Assembly: GCF_050717545.1 (NCBI RefSeq)
Contig: NZ_JBOITN010000045.1
Span: forward strand, 3,561 to 67,560
Origin: Clostridium sp.
Lineage (GTDB): Bacteria; Bacillota; Clostridia; Clostridiales; Clostridiaceae
Direction of reading: 5' to 3'
Length of the DNA stretch: 64,000 nucleotides
The position numbers and the translations under genes were made by a program. The notes below the pieces were generated by a model, which made no database searches, was not told the DNA's origin, and worked only from the letters and a program-made list of their open reading frames with translations. Positions 40,162-49,627 of the stretch are shown here, piece after piece (position 1 is the first letter of the stretch; each line of letters starts with the position of its first letter).

Positions 40162-41079
40162 ATGAAGAAAATTAATATTGGTAATGGAGCTGTAAGCACT
40201 TCTGAAATTGCCTTAGGATGTATGAGAATAAATGATCTTTCAAAAACCGAGGCATCCTTACTTATAAATACTGCAATAGAATCAGGAATTAATTTCTTTG
40301 ACCATGCAGATATTTATGGTGGTGGTAAATCTGAAGAAGTTTTTGCAGATGCATTTGATATGAAACCAAGTAACCGTGAAAAATTTATATTGCAATCAAA
40401 ATGTGGTATAAGACAAGGATATTTCGACTTTTCAAAAGAGCATATTTTAAACTCTGTAGACGGCAGCCTAAAACGCCTAAAAACAGATTACATAGATATA
40501 TTACTTTTGCATCGTCCAGATACACTTATGCAGCCAGAAGAAGTGGCAGAAGCCTTCTCTATTCTTCAAAAGAGTGGTAAGGTTAAACATTTTGGAGTAA
40601 GCAACCAGAATCCAATGCAAATTGAGCTTCTAAATAAATATCTGAAAAACAAAATAATTATTAATCAATTGCAATTTAGCATAACAAATACAGGTATAAT
40701 TGATTCTGGACTAAATGTTAATATGAAAATTGACCCATCTATTGATCGTGATGGTAGTATACTAGAATATTGCCGCCTAAAGGATATAAATATTCAAGCG
40801 TGGTCACCATTCCAGTATGGCTTCTTCGAAGGTGTATTTTTAGATAATGATAAATTCCCAGAACTTAATAAAAAGATCAATGAAATTGCAGCTGTCAAAG
40901 GCGTAACAAATTCTGCAATTGCAATTGCTTGGATTTTAAGGCATGCAGCTAAAATTCAGCCAATAGTTGGCACAACAAACCCTAAGCGTCTAAAAGATAT
41001 TTGCGCTGCATCAGGCGTAGAACTTACAAGGCAGGAGTGGTATGAAATATATCTGGCAGCCGGTAACAAACTTCCATAA
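40162..41079 (+). CDS. Aldo/keto reductase (YdhF-like)
   Basis: LGCMRI, FFDHADIYGGG and LLLHRPD motifs. 305 aa. AAAGGAG RBS. Confidence 0.85.
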   Translation: MKKINIGNGAVSTSEIALGCMRINDLSKTEASLLINTAIESGINFFDHADIYGGGKSEEVFADAFDMKPSNREKFILQSKCGIRQGYFDFSKEHILNSVDGSLKRLKTDYIDILLLHRPDTLMQPEEVAEAFSILQKSGKVKHFGVSNQNPMQIELLNKYLKNKIIINQLQFSITNTGIIDSGLNVNMKIDPSIDRDGSILEYCRLKDINIQAWSPFQYGFFEGVFLDNDKFPELNKKINEIAAVKGVTNSAIAIAWILRHAAKIQPIVGTTNPKRLKDICAASGVELTRQEWYEIYLAAGNKLP

Positions 41080-41095
41080 TTATAAAAGTTATAAA

Positions 41096-41129
41096 GGACC
41101 TGTGAGATGACTTATCTACTCACAGGCCC
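41096..41129. terminator. Bidirectional terminator between the AKR pair and acidic paralogue B
   Basis: Stem ggacctgtgag / ctcacaggccc (one mismatch) with T-rich flanks on both strands. Confidence 0.7.
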
Positions 41130-41146
41130 TTATGATTTTTAATATT

Positions 41147-41401
41147 TTAACTTTCTTCTACATTCTCAATATATTCGGCATTTTCCAGCTCTTCAAAAGC
41201 ATCTTCTACTGAAACCTCATCTATAATTCTTCCAGTAAGGATTAGTCCTTTTTTCATATCCTCGTCCCACTCAAAATCAGTCATCACACTATCAATACAT
41301 AAATTTTCAGCCATAGCATTTGCACTAATCTTAGAACTTTTATAATTTTCATGGCCATCTTGTGAAATTGTAACTTCATAAATTTTATTTTTCTTTGTCA
41401 T
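41147..41401 (-). CDS. Small acidic protein, paralogue B (VMTDFEWD motif), unknown function
   Basis: 84 aa, GAGGAGG RBS. Paralogous to 38468-38740, and the upstream region is also conserved. Confidence 0.75.
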   Translation of the reverse strand: MTKKNKIYEVTISQDGHENYKSSKISANAMAENLCIDSVMTDFEWDEDMKKGLILTGRIIDEVSVEDAFEELENAEYIENVEES

Positions 41402-41490
41402 TCATTATTCCTCCTCATGTTTTTACATGTTAAGTATAATGTTCTACATAAATCATAAAATATCCATGTATTTTTTTATATGTACTATTT

Positions 41491-42663
41491 TTATATTATT
41501 GCAACTCCAGTTTCTCTTGCCACTCTAGCTACCTCTGCTGCTACAGTTTTTGCTACTCTTTTGTCAAAAGCTCCCGGAATAATATATTCATCATTTAATT
41601 CTTCATCAGTAATTAAGCTTGCTATTGCTGTAGCTGCTGCAAGTTTCATTCCCTCGGTAATATCTGTTGCACGTACATCTAGTGCGCCTCTAAATATTCC
41701 TGGGAATATCAATACATTGTTGATCTGATTTGGATAATCTGATCTTCCTGTTGCAATTACTCTCGCGCCACCCTTTTTAGCTTCTTCTGGCATTATTTCA
41801 GGTGTTGGGTTTGCCATTGCAAATATAATCGAATCTTTATTCATAGTTTTAACCATATCTTCATTTAACATATTAGGTCCTGAAACTCCAATAAATACAT
41901 CTTTCCCTTTTACAATTTGGGCAAGCGTTCCATGCTCCATACCCCTATTTGTAACCTTTGCCATTTCTACTTGAGGTGGATTCATCCAATCAAGTCCCTC
42001 AGCAAGTGCTCCTTGTTTATCACACATTACTATGTTTTTAATGCCGTAAGATAAAAGAAGTTTACAAATAGATATTCCTGCTGACCCCGCACCATTTATA
42101 ACCACTTTTGCAACATTAATATCTTTCTTAACTACCTTTAGAGCATTGATAACTCCTGCTAAAACTACAATTGCAGTTCCATGTTGATCATCATGAAAAA
42201 CTGGTATATCTAACTCTTCTTTTAATCTTCTTTCTATTTCAAAGCACCTTGGTGCAGATATATCCTCAAGATTTATTCCTCCAAAAGTTGGAGCAAGGTA
42301 TTTTACTGTTTTTATAATCTCTTCAACATCTTTTGTATCAAGACATATTGGAAAAGCGTCAATATCTGCAAATTCTTTAAATAATATTGCTTTTCCTTCC
42401 ATAACTGGCATTGCAGCTAATGGGCCTATATCTCCAAGTCCAAGTACTGCTGTTCCATCAGTAACTACAGCTACAAGATTTCCTTTAGCCGTATATTTGT
42501 AGACATCATCACTATTTGCATGAATTCTTCTACAAGGTTCTGCAACCCCAGGAGTGTATGCAATACTTAACTGATCTCTATTTTTTACTTCGACCTTAGA
42601 TACTATTTTAATCTTACCCTTATTCTCTTCATGCATTTTTAAACTAAGTTCATCATAATTCAT
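41491..42663 (-). CDS. NAD(P)-dependent malic enzyme (short, about 390-aa type)
   Basis: AYTPGVA, LGLGDIGP..AMPVMEGK and NGAGSAG dinucleotide fold. AGGAGG RBS. Confidence 0.9.
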   Translation of the reverse strand: MNYDELSLKMHEENKGKIKIVSKVEVKNRDQLSIAYTPGVAEPCRRIHANSDDVYKYTAKGNLVAVVTDGTAVLGLGDIGPLAAMPVMEGKAILFKEFADIDAFPICLDTKDVEEIIKTVKYLAPTFGGINLEDISAPRCFEIERRLKEELDIPVFHDDQHGTAIVVLAGVINALKVVKKDINVAKVVINGAGSAGISICKLLLSYGIKNIVMCDKQGALAEGLDWMNPPQVEMAKVTNRGMEHGTLAQIVKGKDVFIGVSGPNMLNEDMVKTMNKDSIIFAMANPTPEIMPEEAKKGGARVIATGRSDYPNQINNVLIFPGIFRGALDVRATDITEGMKLAAATAIASLITDEELNDEYIIPGAFDKRVAKTVAAEVARVARETGVAII

Positions 42664-42816
42664 TTTAAAAAACCTCCTAAAAAATTTATTACATTATCGC
42701 CATCTCTTCTTCTATTATAATATAAATTACGTTATAAGTGAAATTGAATAATTCCCATGCTATTTTCACATAATATAGCTACAGTGAACGTTAAGAGATG
42801 AATGGAGGTTATACTA

Positions 42817-43545
42817 ATGAAAAAAATCAAAGTTTTATTTTATTACTTATTTACTATGATTTTGTTAAGTGGATGTGGAAATATAGGTATAGCTTCTAAT
42901 ACTACTATCTCTGAAAGAGGATCTGGAGTTTTTAGCTTTAAGGTTGCATATGATTATATTATATTTGATAGTTTAGACGGAAGTATATTAAAAAATAACA
43001 AGGATGCTCCAAAAGATGAGCGCATTAGAAAATACATTCATAATGAGGACTATCTTGAAGAATATAGACTTAACTTTGATAGCTTAGAGGATTTAAATAA
43101 AAAATTAGCTTTCAATCAAAATGGATTTAAGGTTAGTGTTGTAAAAAAAATAGGTTTATTTAAGGATACATATACATATGAAATGAGTTTTCTTAAAGCC
43201 TTTGATAACTCAGCAATAAAAACAAGCTTTTTAGAAAATAACGAGATAAATCAATCTATAACAAAATATAGCGATAGTAATATTGATAAATTTATAAGTA
43301 ACGTAAAATTCACAAGCGAAGTAGTTTTGCCTGGAAAAATAATATCAACTAATGCAGTAGGTGATACAGGTGGCAACCTAGTATGGACCTACAACTTAAG
43401 TCAGATTAATTCCCAGACAACAATGACTGCTACATACGTGATAGATAAAACTAAAACTACTGCTTTGTTTGGCCTTATTGGAACAGTTGTAATTATTTTA
43501 ATTATTTATTTGATTGTTAGGGCTAAGAAATTAAAAGTATCATAA
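42817..43545 (+). CDS. Lipoprotein with C-terminal transmembrane anchor, unknown function
   Basis: Lipobox LLSGC and a C-terminal hydrophobic helix followed by RAKKLK. The ATG at 42817 follows GGAGG by 8 nt. Confidence 0.6.
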   Translation: MKKIKVLFYYLFTMILLSGCGNIGIASNTTISERGSGVFSFKVAYDYIIFDSLDGSILKNNKDAPKDERIRKYIHNEDYLEEYRLNFDSLEDLNKKLAFNQNGFKVSVVKKIGLFKDTYTYEMSFLKAFDNSAIKTSFLENNEINQSITKYSDSNIDKFISNVKFTSEVVLPGKIISTNAVGDTGGNLVWTYNLSQINSQTTMTATYVIDKTKTTALFGLIGTVVIILIIYLIVRAKKLKVS

Positions 43546-43555
43546 TAATATGATC

Positions 43556-45154
43556 TCAGTGTTTAACATTTCTCTGTATTAATTCCATAAAGATTCCCGG
43601 GGTAACTATGCTTGCTTTAGGATTTTGCTTTATTTTATCCACAGCCCTCTTAATATTATCAATAGTTTTGCTCCAAGCATGCACATAAACAAATGTGTAA
43701 CTATTAGCATTGTTAATGCCTACTTGCCCAGAGCTAATTCTTTCATTGATTTTAGCAACCAGCTGATCTTCACTTTCAATGTTGTCCCAAAGCAAATCTC
43801 TACAAGACACTACAGGTTTATTATTAGACCAAATAATTTCTCCGTGATAATTATCATGCCTATGATAATCAAGATAAAACAATCCGTAAATATTGGGTTT
43901 AGCATTGAATTTATACCAAAGCTTGCAATCATAAAAAGAAAAGTCGTCAATAATTGCTATATATTTTTGATCTACTTTTTTCATATAATCATTTAATCTA
44001 TTAATATATATGCCCAGAGTACTTTTATCAAATTTACTTGGGTACATATATCCATTTCCAGATGGAGGCACTATAAAGTAATCATTTGTACATCCACGCG
44101 CTGCACTTTCATAATATAAATTAAATACAGTAGGTGCAAGATAATATAAAGATGGACTTAGTGACCACCCCAAATTAAATTTACCTTTATCAGGAGAACC
44201 ATACCACTTATGTGACCCATAATTAGTTCCAAGATTCCACTGTTGGTTGTCTCCATCGGACATGATAAATGTTACATAATGTTTCTTTTCCCCGTTAGGA
44301 ATATTTTTTACCTTTACTTGAGTTTTTGGAATTGATGGAAATGAACTTAATACAGTTAAATTATAAGACCAATCCGCAGCAACCATACTAATGCCATACT
44401 TAGAAGTTGTACTTACATTAATAAATTCATCTGGCCCCCACCCATAACATACAGAGTCCTTTTCCATAGATGAAAATATTTTATCCCGAAGTGTTGTATC
44501 ATTTATTTTGTCCTCATAAAATATTAATGATTTGGTCATTACTGCATAATCTCTTAAGGCTGAGCTTTTATCAGGTGATAACTCAATTACTATAGAATGA
44601 TTAAGGCCTAAATTCCATAAATTATCATAGGCCCATTTTTCATCAGTACCCCTCAAGTCCGCTTTAATAGTTGTAATGCCTTGTGCGCGCACCTTCTCCT
44701 CAATAACCTCATCAATAACAATGCAATTATTTAATGATGCAAAAGAACAAGCATTATTTATTGAAGGATCTTTTAAAGATTTATTATTATAAAGCACATA
44801 TCCCTCTACATAACTTTTAAACATATCTAATAATATCCATGGATCTGAAATAATATCATACTTAACTCCATACCGTTTTTTTAAATCATCTAACCATATT
44901 TGATAGTCTGGTTGTGATGAATTGAGTGTGTATATCTGCCTTGTGGAATGACTATTAACAAGGCCTTGAAGTGTAGCTATCATTGCGGACTCACTTTTAG
45001 TCATCGTGTTTTGAGAAATAACATATAAATGGGTTGGCATTATAGGGTTTTTTATATAATTGGATGAAGTTTCGATTCTATCAGTAACTGGAAAAGGAAT
45101 ATTATTACCGTTAATAATACTCCTTTTCCAATCACTCCATTTAATTAAACTCAT
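43556..45154 (-). CDS. GxGYxYP-family protein (putative glycoside hydrolase), no signal peptide
   Basis: Contains PPSGNGYMYPS, the family-defining GxGYxYP motif. The start is uncertain (ATG at 45154, 45208 or 45250); 45154 overlaps the upstream stop by 14 nt. Confidence 0.65.
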   Translation of the reverse strand: MSLIKWSDWKRSIINGNNIPFPVTDRIETSSNYIKNPIMPTHLYVISQNTMTKSESAMIATLQGLVNSHSTRQIYTLNSSQPDYQIWLDDLKKRYGVKYDIISDPWILLDMFKSYVEGYVLYNNKSLKDPSINNACSFASLNNCIVIDEVIEEKVRAQGITTIKADLRGTDEKWAYDNLWNLGLNHSIVIELSPDKSSALRDYAVMTKSLIFYEDKINDTTLRDKIFSSMEKDSVCYGWGPDEFINVSTTSKYGISMVAADWSYNLTVLSSFPSIPKTQVKVKNIPNGEKKHYVTFIMSDGDNQQWNLGTNYGSHKWYGSPDKGKFNLGWSLSPSLYYLAPTVFNLYYESAARGCTNDYFIVPPSGNGYMYPSKFDKSTLGIYINRLNDYMKKVDQKYIAIIDDFSFYDCKLWYKFNAKPNIYGLFYLDYHRHDNYHGEIIWSNNKPVVSCRDLLWDNIESEDQLVAKINERISSGQVGINNANSYTFVYVHAWSKTIDNIKRAVDKIKQNPKASIVTPGIFMELIQRNVKH

Positions 45155-46025
45155 TACTGTTTTCCAAGCAGTATTTATAAAAATTTTGTAAGAAGTTAAT
45201 TCGCTCATTATTATAAAAAGATTTAATATGACTCTCATCAAAACTTGCAAGTAATAGCTGCCTCTTTATAATATCATCTGCAGATACTCTATTTGCGTTT
45301 CTAATCATATCGTACATAATCATAAACGTAGTAGTTCTTCCAATCCCCTGTTTACAGTGAAAATGAATCCAGGTATTTTTCGGCAAAACGCAAACTAGTT
45401 GTATAAAATAATCAACCATATCATCTAAAGGTATCTTACCATCAGTAACAGTGATGCGAGCATATGACAATCCTTTAGAACTAACCAGGTATTTTTCATT
45501 TTCAACTTCTCTTGGAATCACAGTTATATTTTTATGATTATAATAAGTCATAGGCACACCTAATTTAATGCTATTAAGTTTATAATATTCGTCTGTTAAA
45601 ACTTGCTGCCTTGTTAATCCTATGTTGGCATTATTTAATGTTGTAGCCCAGCTAACAGGAGCTCCATTAATAAACCCATGTGATTCTTGCCTTAAATCAA
45701 TTACCAGTATAGGTAACGTCTGTCCGATACTTTTTATTACAAGTGGAAGATTATATTTTGAGAATTGTTGACTACCAGAGATATTTAATTTATCTAATCC
45801 GATAAGATTTAATTTATCCTTGTTTTGCGTAGTAAGCGAGGTAGTAGACTTTCTAAAGTTTTTAGGAATGTCAGTGTAATTTTGGTTATCTAAAATAAGA
45901 TTAACAACAGTTTTATCATCTAATGATGCACTAGGAAGCTGCGATACTTCATTTTTTATTTCTCTTGAATATAAGTTTTCATTATAAGACCTCATCATAT
46001 TATAAAAACATGGACTATAGTACAT
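45141..46025 (-). CDS. Protein-tyrosine-phosphatase-like phytase / inositol polyphosphate phosphatase
   Basis: P-loop HFHCKQGIGRTT (HCx2GxGRT) with an upstream general-acid region ITVTDG. The ATG at 46025 follows GGAGG by 6 nt. No signal peptide. Confidence 0.75.
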   Translation of the reverse strand: MYYSPCFYNMMRSYNENLYSREIKNEVSQLPSASLDDKTVVNLILDNQNYTDIPKNFRKSTTSLTTQNKDKLNLIGLDKLNISGSQQFSKYNLPLVIKSIGQTLPILVIDLRQESHGFINGAPVSWATTLNNANIGLTRQQVLTDEYYKLNSIKLGVPMTYYNHKNITVIPREVENEKYLVSSKGLSYARITVTDGKIPLDDMVDYFIQLVCVLPKNTWIHFHCKQGIGRTTTFMIMYDMIRNANRVSADDIIKRQLLLASFDESHIKSFYNNERINFLQNFYKYCLENSNEFN

Positions 46026-46370
46026 ATATATCCTCCATAAAATAAATTTCACTATATATTATGTTATGGAGAATCGTTTTGCTCCAAATCCTATTGTTAT
46101 ATATTAAATTATCTCCTGCAGAGCTGAGATATAGTTAAATACTTCTAAATAAGCTCATTCAGATTGAATCACCTCTATGTATTTTTTTACATGTATACTT
46201 TTACGAATTATTCACAATAATGATAATTGTCATATAAACTTTTATTAGTATAATTAAAATTTATATGACCATAATCTGTTATAAGAGTATAATGTATATA
46301 TACAGCATAGTTTTGATAACCATAAGAAGAATTTGCTGGAAACACTAAATCATTTAGGAGGTACATACAT

Positions 46371-46811
46371 ATGTTAAAACAAACACTAAAAGCTGATATT
46401 ATTAAATATATGAAAAGCAGGGATAAGATAAGGCTTACTACTTTAAGGACATTAATGGCTGACGTTAAATATAAGGAATTAGATTTAAAAAGAGAGCTAG
46501 AAGACAATGAGTTAGTTGGTATTATAGAGAAAACAATCAAACAATTAAATGAAACTCTAGTTTATGCAAAACAATCTGAGAAAGCAGAAATTATTGCCGA
46601 AACAGAAACATCTATTGAAATGCTTTCTGTATATATGCCAAAGCAATTTACTGATGATGAAGCGAAAGCAATCATAGCTGAGGTTATTGCTAAAAACAGC
46701 TTTAAGGGAAAGGGTGATATGGGAAAAGTTATGAAGGCAATTATGCCTAAACTTAAAGGAAAATATGATGGAAGGAAAGTAAATCCTCTTGTAAATGAAT
46801 TACTAGCATAG
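46371..46811 (+). CDS. yqeY: GatB/YqeY-domain protein
   Basis: MLKQTLKADIIKYMKSRDKIRLTTLR... is a typical YqeY. 146 aa. AGGAGG RBS. Confidence 0.85.
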   Translation: MLKQTLKADIIKYMKSRDKIRLTTLRTLMADVKYKELDLKRELEDNELVGIIEKTIKQLNETLVYAKQSEKAEIIAETETSIEMLSVYMPKQFTDDEAKAIIAEVIAKNSFKGKGDMGKVMKAIMPKLKGKYDGRKVNPLVNELLA

Positions 46812-46820
46812 GTTCTCACT

Positions 46821-46854
46821 GGGTAGTGATATTTATATCACTACCCCTTTTTTT
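46821..46854 (+). terminator. Rho-independent terminator of yqeY
   Basis: 11-bp perfect stem gggtagtgata / tatcactaccc, 4-nt loop, then CTTTTTTTT. Confidence 0.85.
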
Positions 46855-47001
46855 ATAAATATATTAAATGTTTAATTATGTTTCTAATGTTTCTAATGTA
46901 CATATTTTGCATTGCAAATACAATTTTTTTTTGATATACTTGGTATAATATTAAAGAATCTATAATAAATAAATATAAAAATATGGAAGTTGGTGTTAAA
47001 A

Positions 47002-47148
47002 ATGGGTCTTTTACGTTGGATAGGCGGAATAGTAGTATTTTTTTGGGTTTTAGGTCTTATATTTAAAGTTGGTGGCGGTATGATACATACGTTACTAGTA
47101 ATAGCTGCGATAGTATTTATCGTTGATATGATTTCAGGTAAAAAATAA
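47002..47148 (+). CDS. 48-aa two-helix membrane protein (lmo0937-like small membrane protein family)
   Basis: MGLLRWIGGIVVFFWVLGLIFKVGGGMIHTLLVIAAIVFIVDMISGKK: two hydrophobic helices joined by GGG and a basic C-terminus. Followed by a terminator. Absent from the ORF track because it is under 60 aa. Confidence 0.65.
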   Translation: MGLLRWIGGIVVFFWVLGLIFKVGGGMIHTLLVIAAIVFIVDMISGKK

Positions 47149-47164
47149 ATTCTAACTAACATTT

Positions 47165-47193
47165 GCCCTTATATGATTTTTTTACATAAGGGC
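47165..47193 (+). terminator. Terminator after the small membrane protein gene
   Basis: Stem gcccttat / ataagggc followed by CTTTTATTTT. Confidence 0.65.
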
Positions 47194-47214
47194 CTTTTAT
47201 TTTACTTTTTATTT

Positions 47215-48132
47215 CTAGTTATCATATACTTTATCAGATGGACTTTTTGAATATTTAAGAAACCCCTTATCCATATTTAAAACTATAGCTCCTATTTCAT
47301 TTAAATATTCAACATATGAATTTAACATTTTTTTTATTAGGGCATGTTTATATTTATTTTTTACAGGAATATTAAAATTGTTAATAACAGCCTTGAAAAT
47401 ATCTTCCATTGTCATTCCATCATCTATAAGTGTACATATTCTTGCAGCTCTGCGCTTATAGAAACTTATATTATCACTTATAAGTTTTGTAACATCCTCA
47501 TACATACCTTTGTGTGCGACAACATATTTGCTACATTTTAAATCATAAAGTTTTAATTTGCTTAATAAATCCTCACTAAGTATATACGCATAAGGCATTT
47601 TAGCTCCCCCCATGACTTCATAACTAATAAGTGAATCCCCTAAATAGCAAACATCATCTGGGGTAGTAATACATATATGAGCAGGGCTATGTCCAGGTGT
47701 ATGAAGAATTTTAAATTGAACATCGCACATAGTTATTCTATCTTGATTATCAAAAATCATAATATCTGTTTCACAAACCATATGTCCAAAATGCTTGGAG
47801 ACATCCGTTAATGTTTGACCACTATAATAAAGTTTGAGATTAATTATGGAACTGCAAATAAGTGCTTCATATGCCGGCATTGCAGTAATGCAACCATATT
47901 TTTTCTTTAAATATTCATTATTACCTATATGATCTACATGAGCATGACTGCATATTATCCCAACTACATTAAAATTATTTTTTTCAAGAAGTTCATCTAT
48001 TCCTTTTCTTTCTCCCTGCGCCCATCCTGAATCCAACATAATAATATCTTCATTGTTAATTTTATAGAAAGGTACATACGACATTCCAGTATTAATGCAG
48101 AATGTATTTCCTTTCACTCTTTTTATATCCAT
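47215..48132 (-). CDS. MBL-fold metallo-hydrolase
   Basis: HAHVDHIGN zinc-binding motif plus later His/Asp ligands (HTPGHSP). 305 aa. Confidence 0.8.
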   Translation of the reverse strand: MDIKRVKGNTFCINTGMSYVPFYKINNEDIIMLDSGWAQGERKGIDELLEKNNFNVVGIICSHAHVDHIGNNEYLKKKYGCITAMPAYEALICSSIINLKLYYSGQTLTDVSKHFGHMVCETDIMIFDNQDRITMCDVQFKILHTPGHSPAHICITTPDDVCYLGDSLISYEVMGGAKMPYAYILSEDLLSKLKLYDLKCSKYVVAHKGMYEDVTKLISDNISFYKRRAARICTLIDDGMTMEDIFKAVINNFNIPVKNKYKHALIKKMLNSYVEYLNEIGAIVLNMDKGFLKYSKSPSDKVYDN

Positions 48133-48220
48133 ATATCGTCTTCAGCAGAGTGTATGCTGCAAACACACAAAACCACCAAATGCTCACTTCCTTTCTATAT
48201 CTAGTATATTTTAGTTCAAC

Positions 48221-48844
48221 CTATATATTTTTAAGTTTTTCCTGCGTATCTTTTCTTAATCTAAATATTTTTTCAAGTTTTTCTCCAGCAACTTTTACTT
48301 GATCTACAGCGATTTGATTTTGTAACACGTCACCCTTTTTAAACAATTTTAGAACTTTAACAGTAGATGTTACTCTATACCCTAATCCTTCAAGTGGTTT
48401 TTTCATAGCCTCAGCAGTAAATCCCATATCTTCCTCATTATTTTGCTCACAAATAGCTATAACTACAGCATATTTTCCGCCTTTTGCTTCGTTAATGCTT
48501 GACCAAACAGAGCGATCATCTTCTGCAAAGACTTGAAAACAATAAAGTCTTTCAATAAAAGCTTTCATATCTGAAGTTATATTATAAAAATACGTTGGAG
48601 ATCCTAAAACAATAGCATCAGAATTTAAAATAAGTGGATATATTTTCTGCATATCATCCTTTATTACGCACTTATATGTGTCTTTGCATCCTTCACATCC
48701 CGTGCACCCGCTTATATTATAATCTCCTAGAAAAATCATCTCAGTATCAACACCTTTTGACTCCATTACTTTTAATGTTTGCTCTACTAAATATGATGTA
48801 TTACCATTTTTTCTCGTGCTTCCTACTATACCTAATACTTTCAT
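48221..48844 (-). CDS. Iron-sulfur flavoprotein (Isf-like NADPH-dependent FMN reductase family)
   Basis: FMN site GSTRKNGNT and compact Cys cluster CTGCEGCKDTYKC. The ATG at 48844 follows GGAGG by 7 nt. Confidence 0.75.
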   Translation of the reverse strand: MKVLGIVGSTRKNGNTSYLVEQTLKVMESKGVDTEMIFLGDYNISGCTGCEGCKDTYKCVIKDDMQKIYPLILNSDAIVLGSPTYFYNITSDMKAFIERLYCFQVFAEDDRSVWSSINEAKGGKYAVVIAICEQNNEEDMGFTAEAMKKPLEGLGYRVTSTVKVLKLFKKGDVLQNQIAVDQVKVAGEKLEKIFRLRKDTQEKLKNI

Positions 48845-48966
48845 TCTAAATCCTCCAAACACAATATATTTTATGTTACTTAAGAAAGCTATTCTTTAAA
48901 TAAATCTCCTTTTATTTTATCCCAAAATGTACATCATTACTACCTTTGAATTCATAAAACAAAAAA

Positions 48967-49005
48967 ATGATTAGAGATGTGAGTTTTACACACTTCTCCA
49001 ATCAT
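48967..49005 (-). terminator. Rho-independent terminator of the rubrerythrin gene
   Basis: 15-bp stem (one mismatch and one G-U in the minus-strand RNA) followed by TTTTTTTGTTTT. Confidence 0.75.
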
Positions 49006-49036
49006 TTTCTGAAAATTATTTTTTATAATATATCTA

Positions 49037-49627
49037 TTAATAGTTTTCTGCTAATATTTCAAAATAAGCTTTTGGATGAGCACAGGCTGGGCAAATTTCT
49101 GGTGCTTCTTTACCTTCAGAAATATATCCACAATTAGTGCACTTCCATAAAGTTTTTTCAGCTTTTTTAAATACAGTTCCATCTTCTATATTTTTAGCTA
49201 GTTTTATATATCTTTCTTCATGTTTTTTCTCAACCTCAGAAATTTTTGTATATACAAATGCAATGTCAGAAAAACCTTCTTCTTTTGCATCTTTTGCAAA
49301 TTGAGGATATAGCGTTGTCCATTCTTCATTCTCACCAGCCGCTGCTGCTAATAAATTTCCTTTTGTATCACCAAGGAAAACAGGATATCCTGCATCATTA
49401 ATAACAACTGCATCACCATTTAAATCACTGTTTGCTAAAAATTTAAAAAACCTTTCTGCATGTTCTTTCTCATTACCTGCTGTTTCTGTAAATATGTTCT
49501 GAATTTGCACGTAACCTTCTTTTTTAGCTATAGATGCATAAAAAGTATATCTATTTCTCGCTTGAGATTCTCCTGCAAAAGATTTTAAAAGATTTTCGGC
49601 TGTTTTTGTTCCTTTTAATTTTATCAT
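49037..49627 (-). CDS. rbr: Rubrerythrin
   Basis: Ferritin-like di-iron domain (ENLLKSFAGESQARNRY, EKEHAE, EKKHEE) and C-terminal rubredoxin-like CTNCG...CPAC. The ATG at 49627 follows GAGGAGG. Confidence 0.9.
   Translation of the reverse strand: MIKLKGTKTAENLLKSFAGESQARNRYTFYASIAKKEGYVQIQNIFTETAGNEKEHAERFFKFLANSDLNGDAVVINDAGYPVFLGDTKGNLLAAAAGENEEWTTLYPQFAKDAKEEGFSDIAFVYTKISEVEKKHEERYIKLAKNIEDGTVFKKAEKTLWKCTNCGYISEGKEAPEICPACAHPKAYFEILAENY

Noticed and set aside
46208-46819. Minus-strand ORFs 46208-46540 and 46562-46819.
   Set aside because: They overlap the plus-strand YqeY gene, which has a strong AGGAGG RBS, a family-typical sequence and its own terminator. The minus-strand products are low-complexity.
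46893-47162. Minus-strand 89-aa ORF.
   Set aside because: It is antisense to the better-supported 48-codon plus-strand membrane-protein gene (47002-47148), which has a terminator directly downstream. The minus ORF has no RBS and a repetitive Ile/Pro/Thr-rich sequence.
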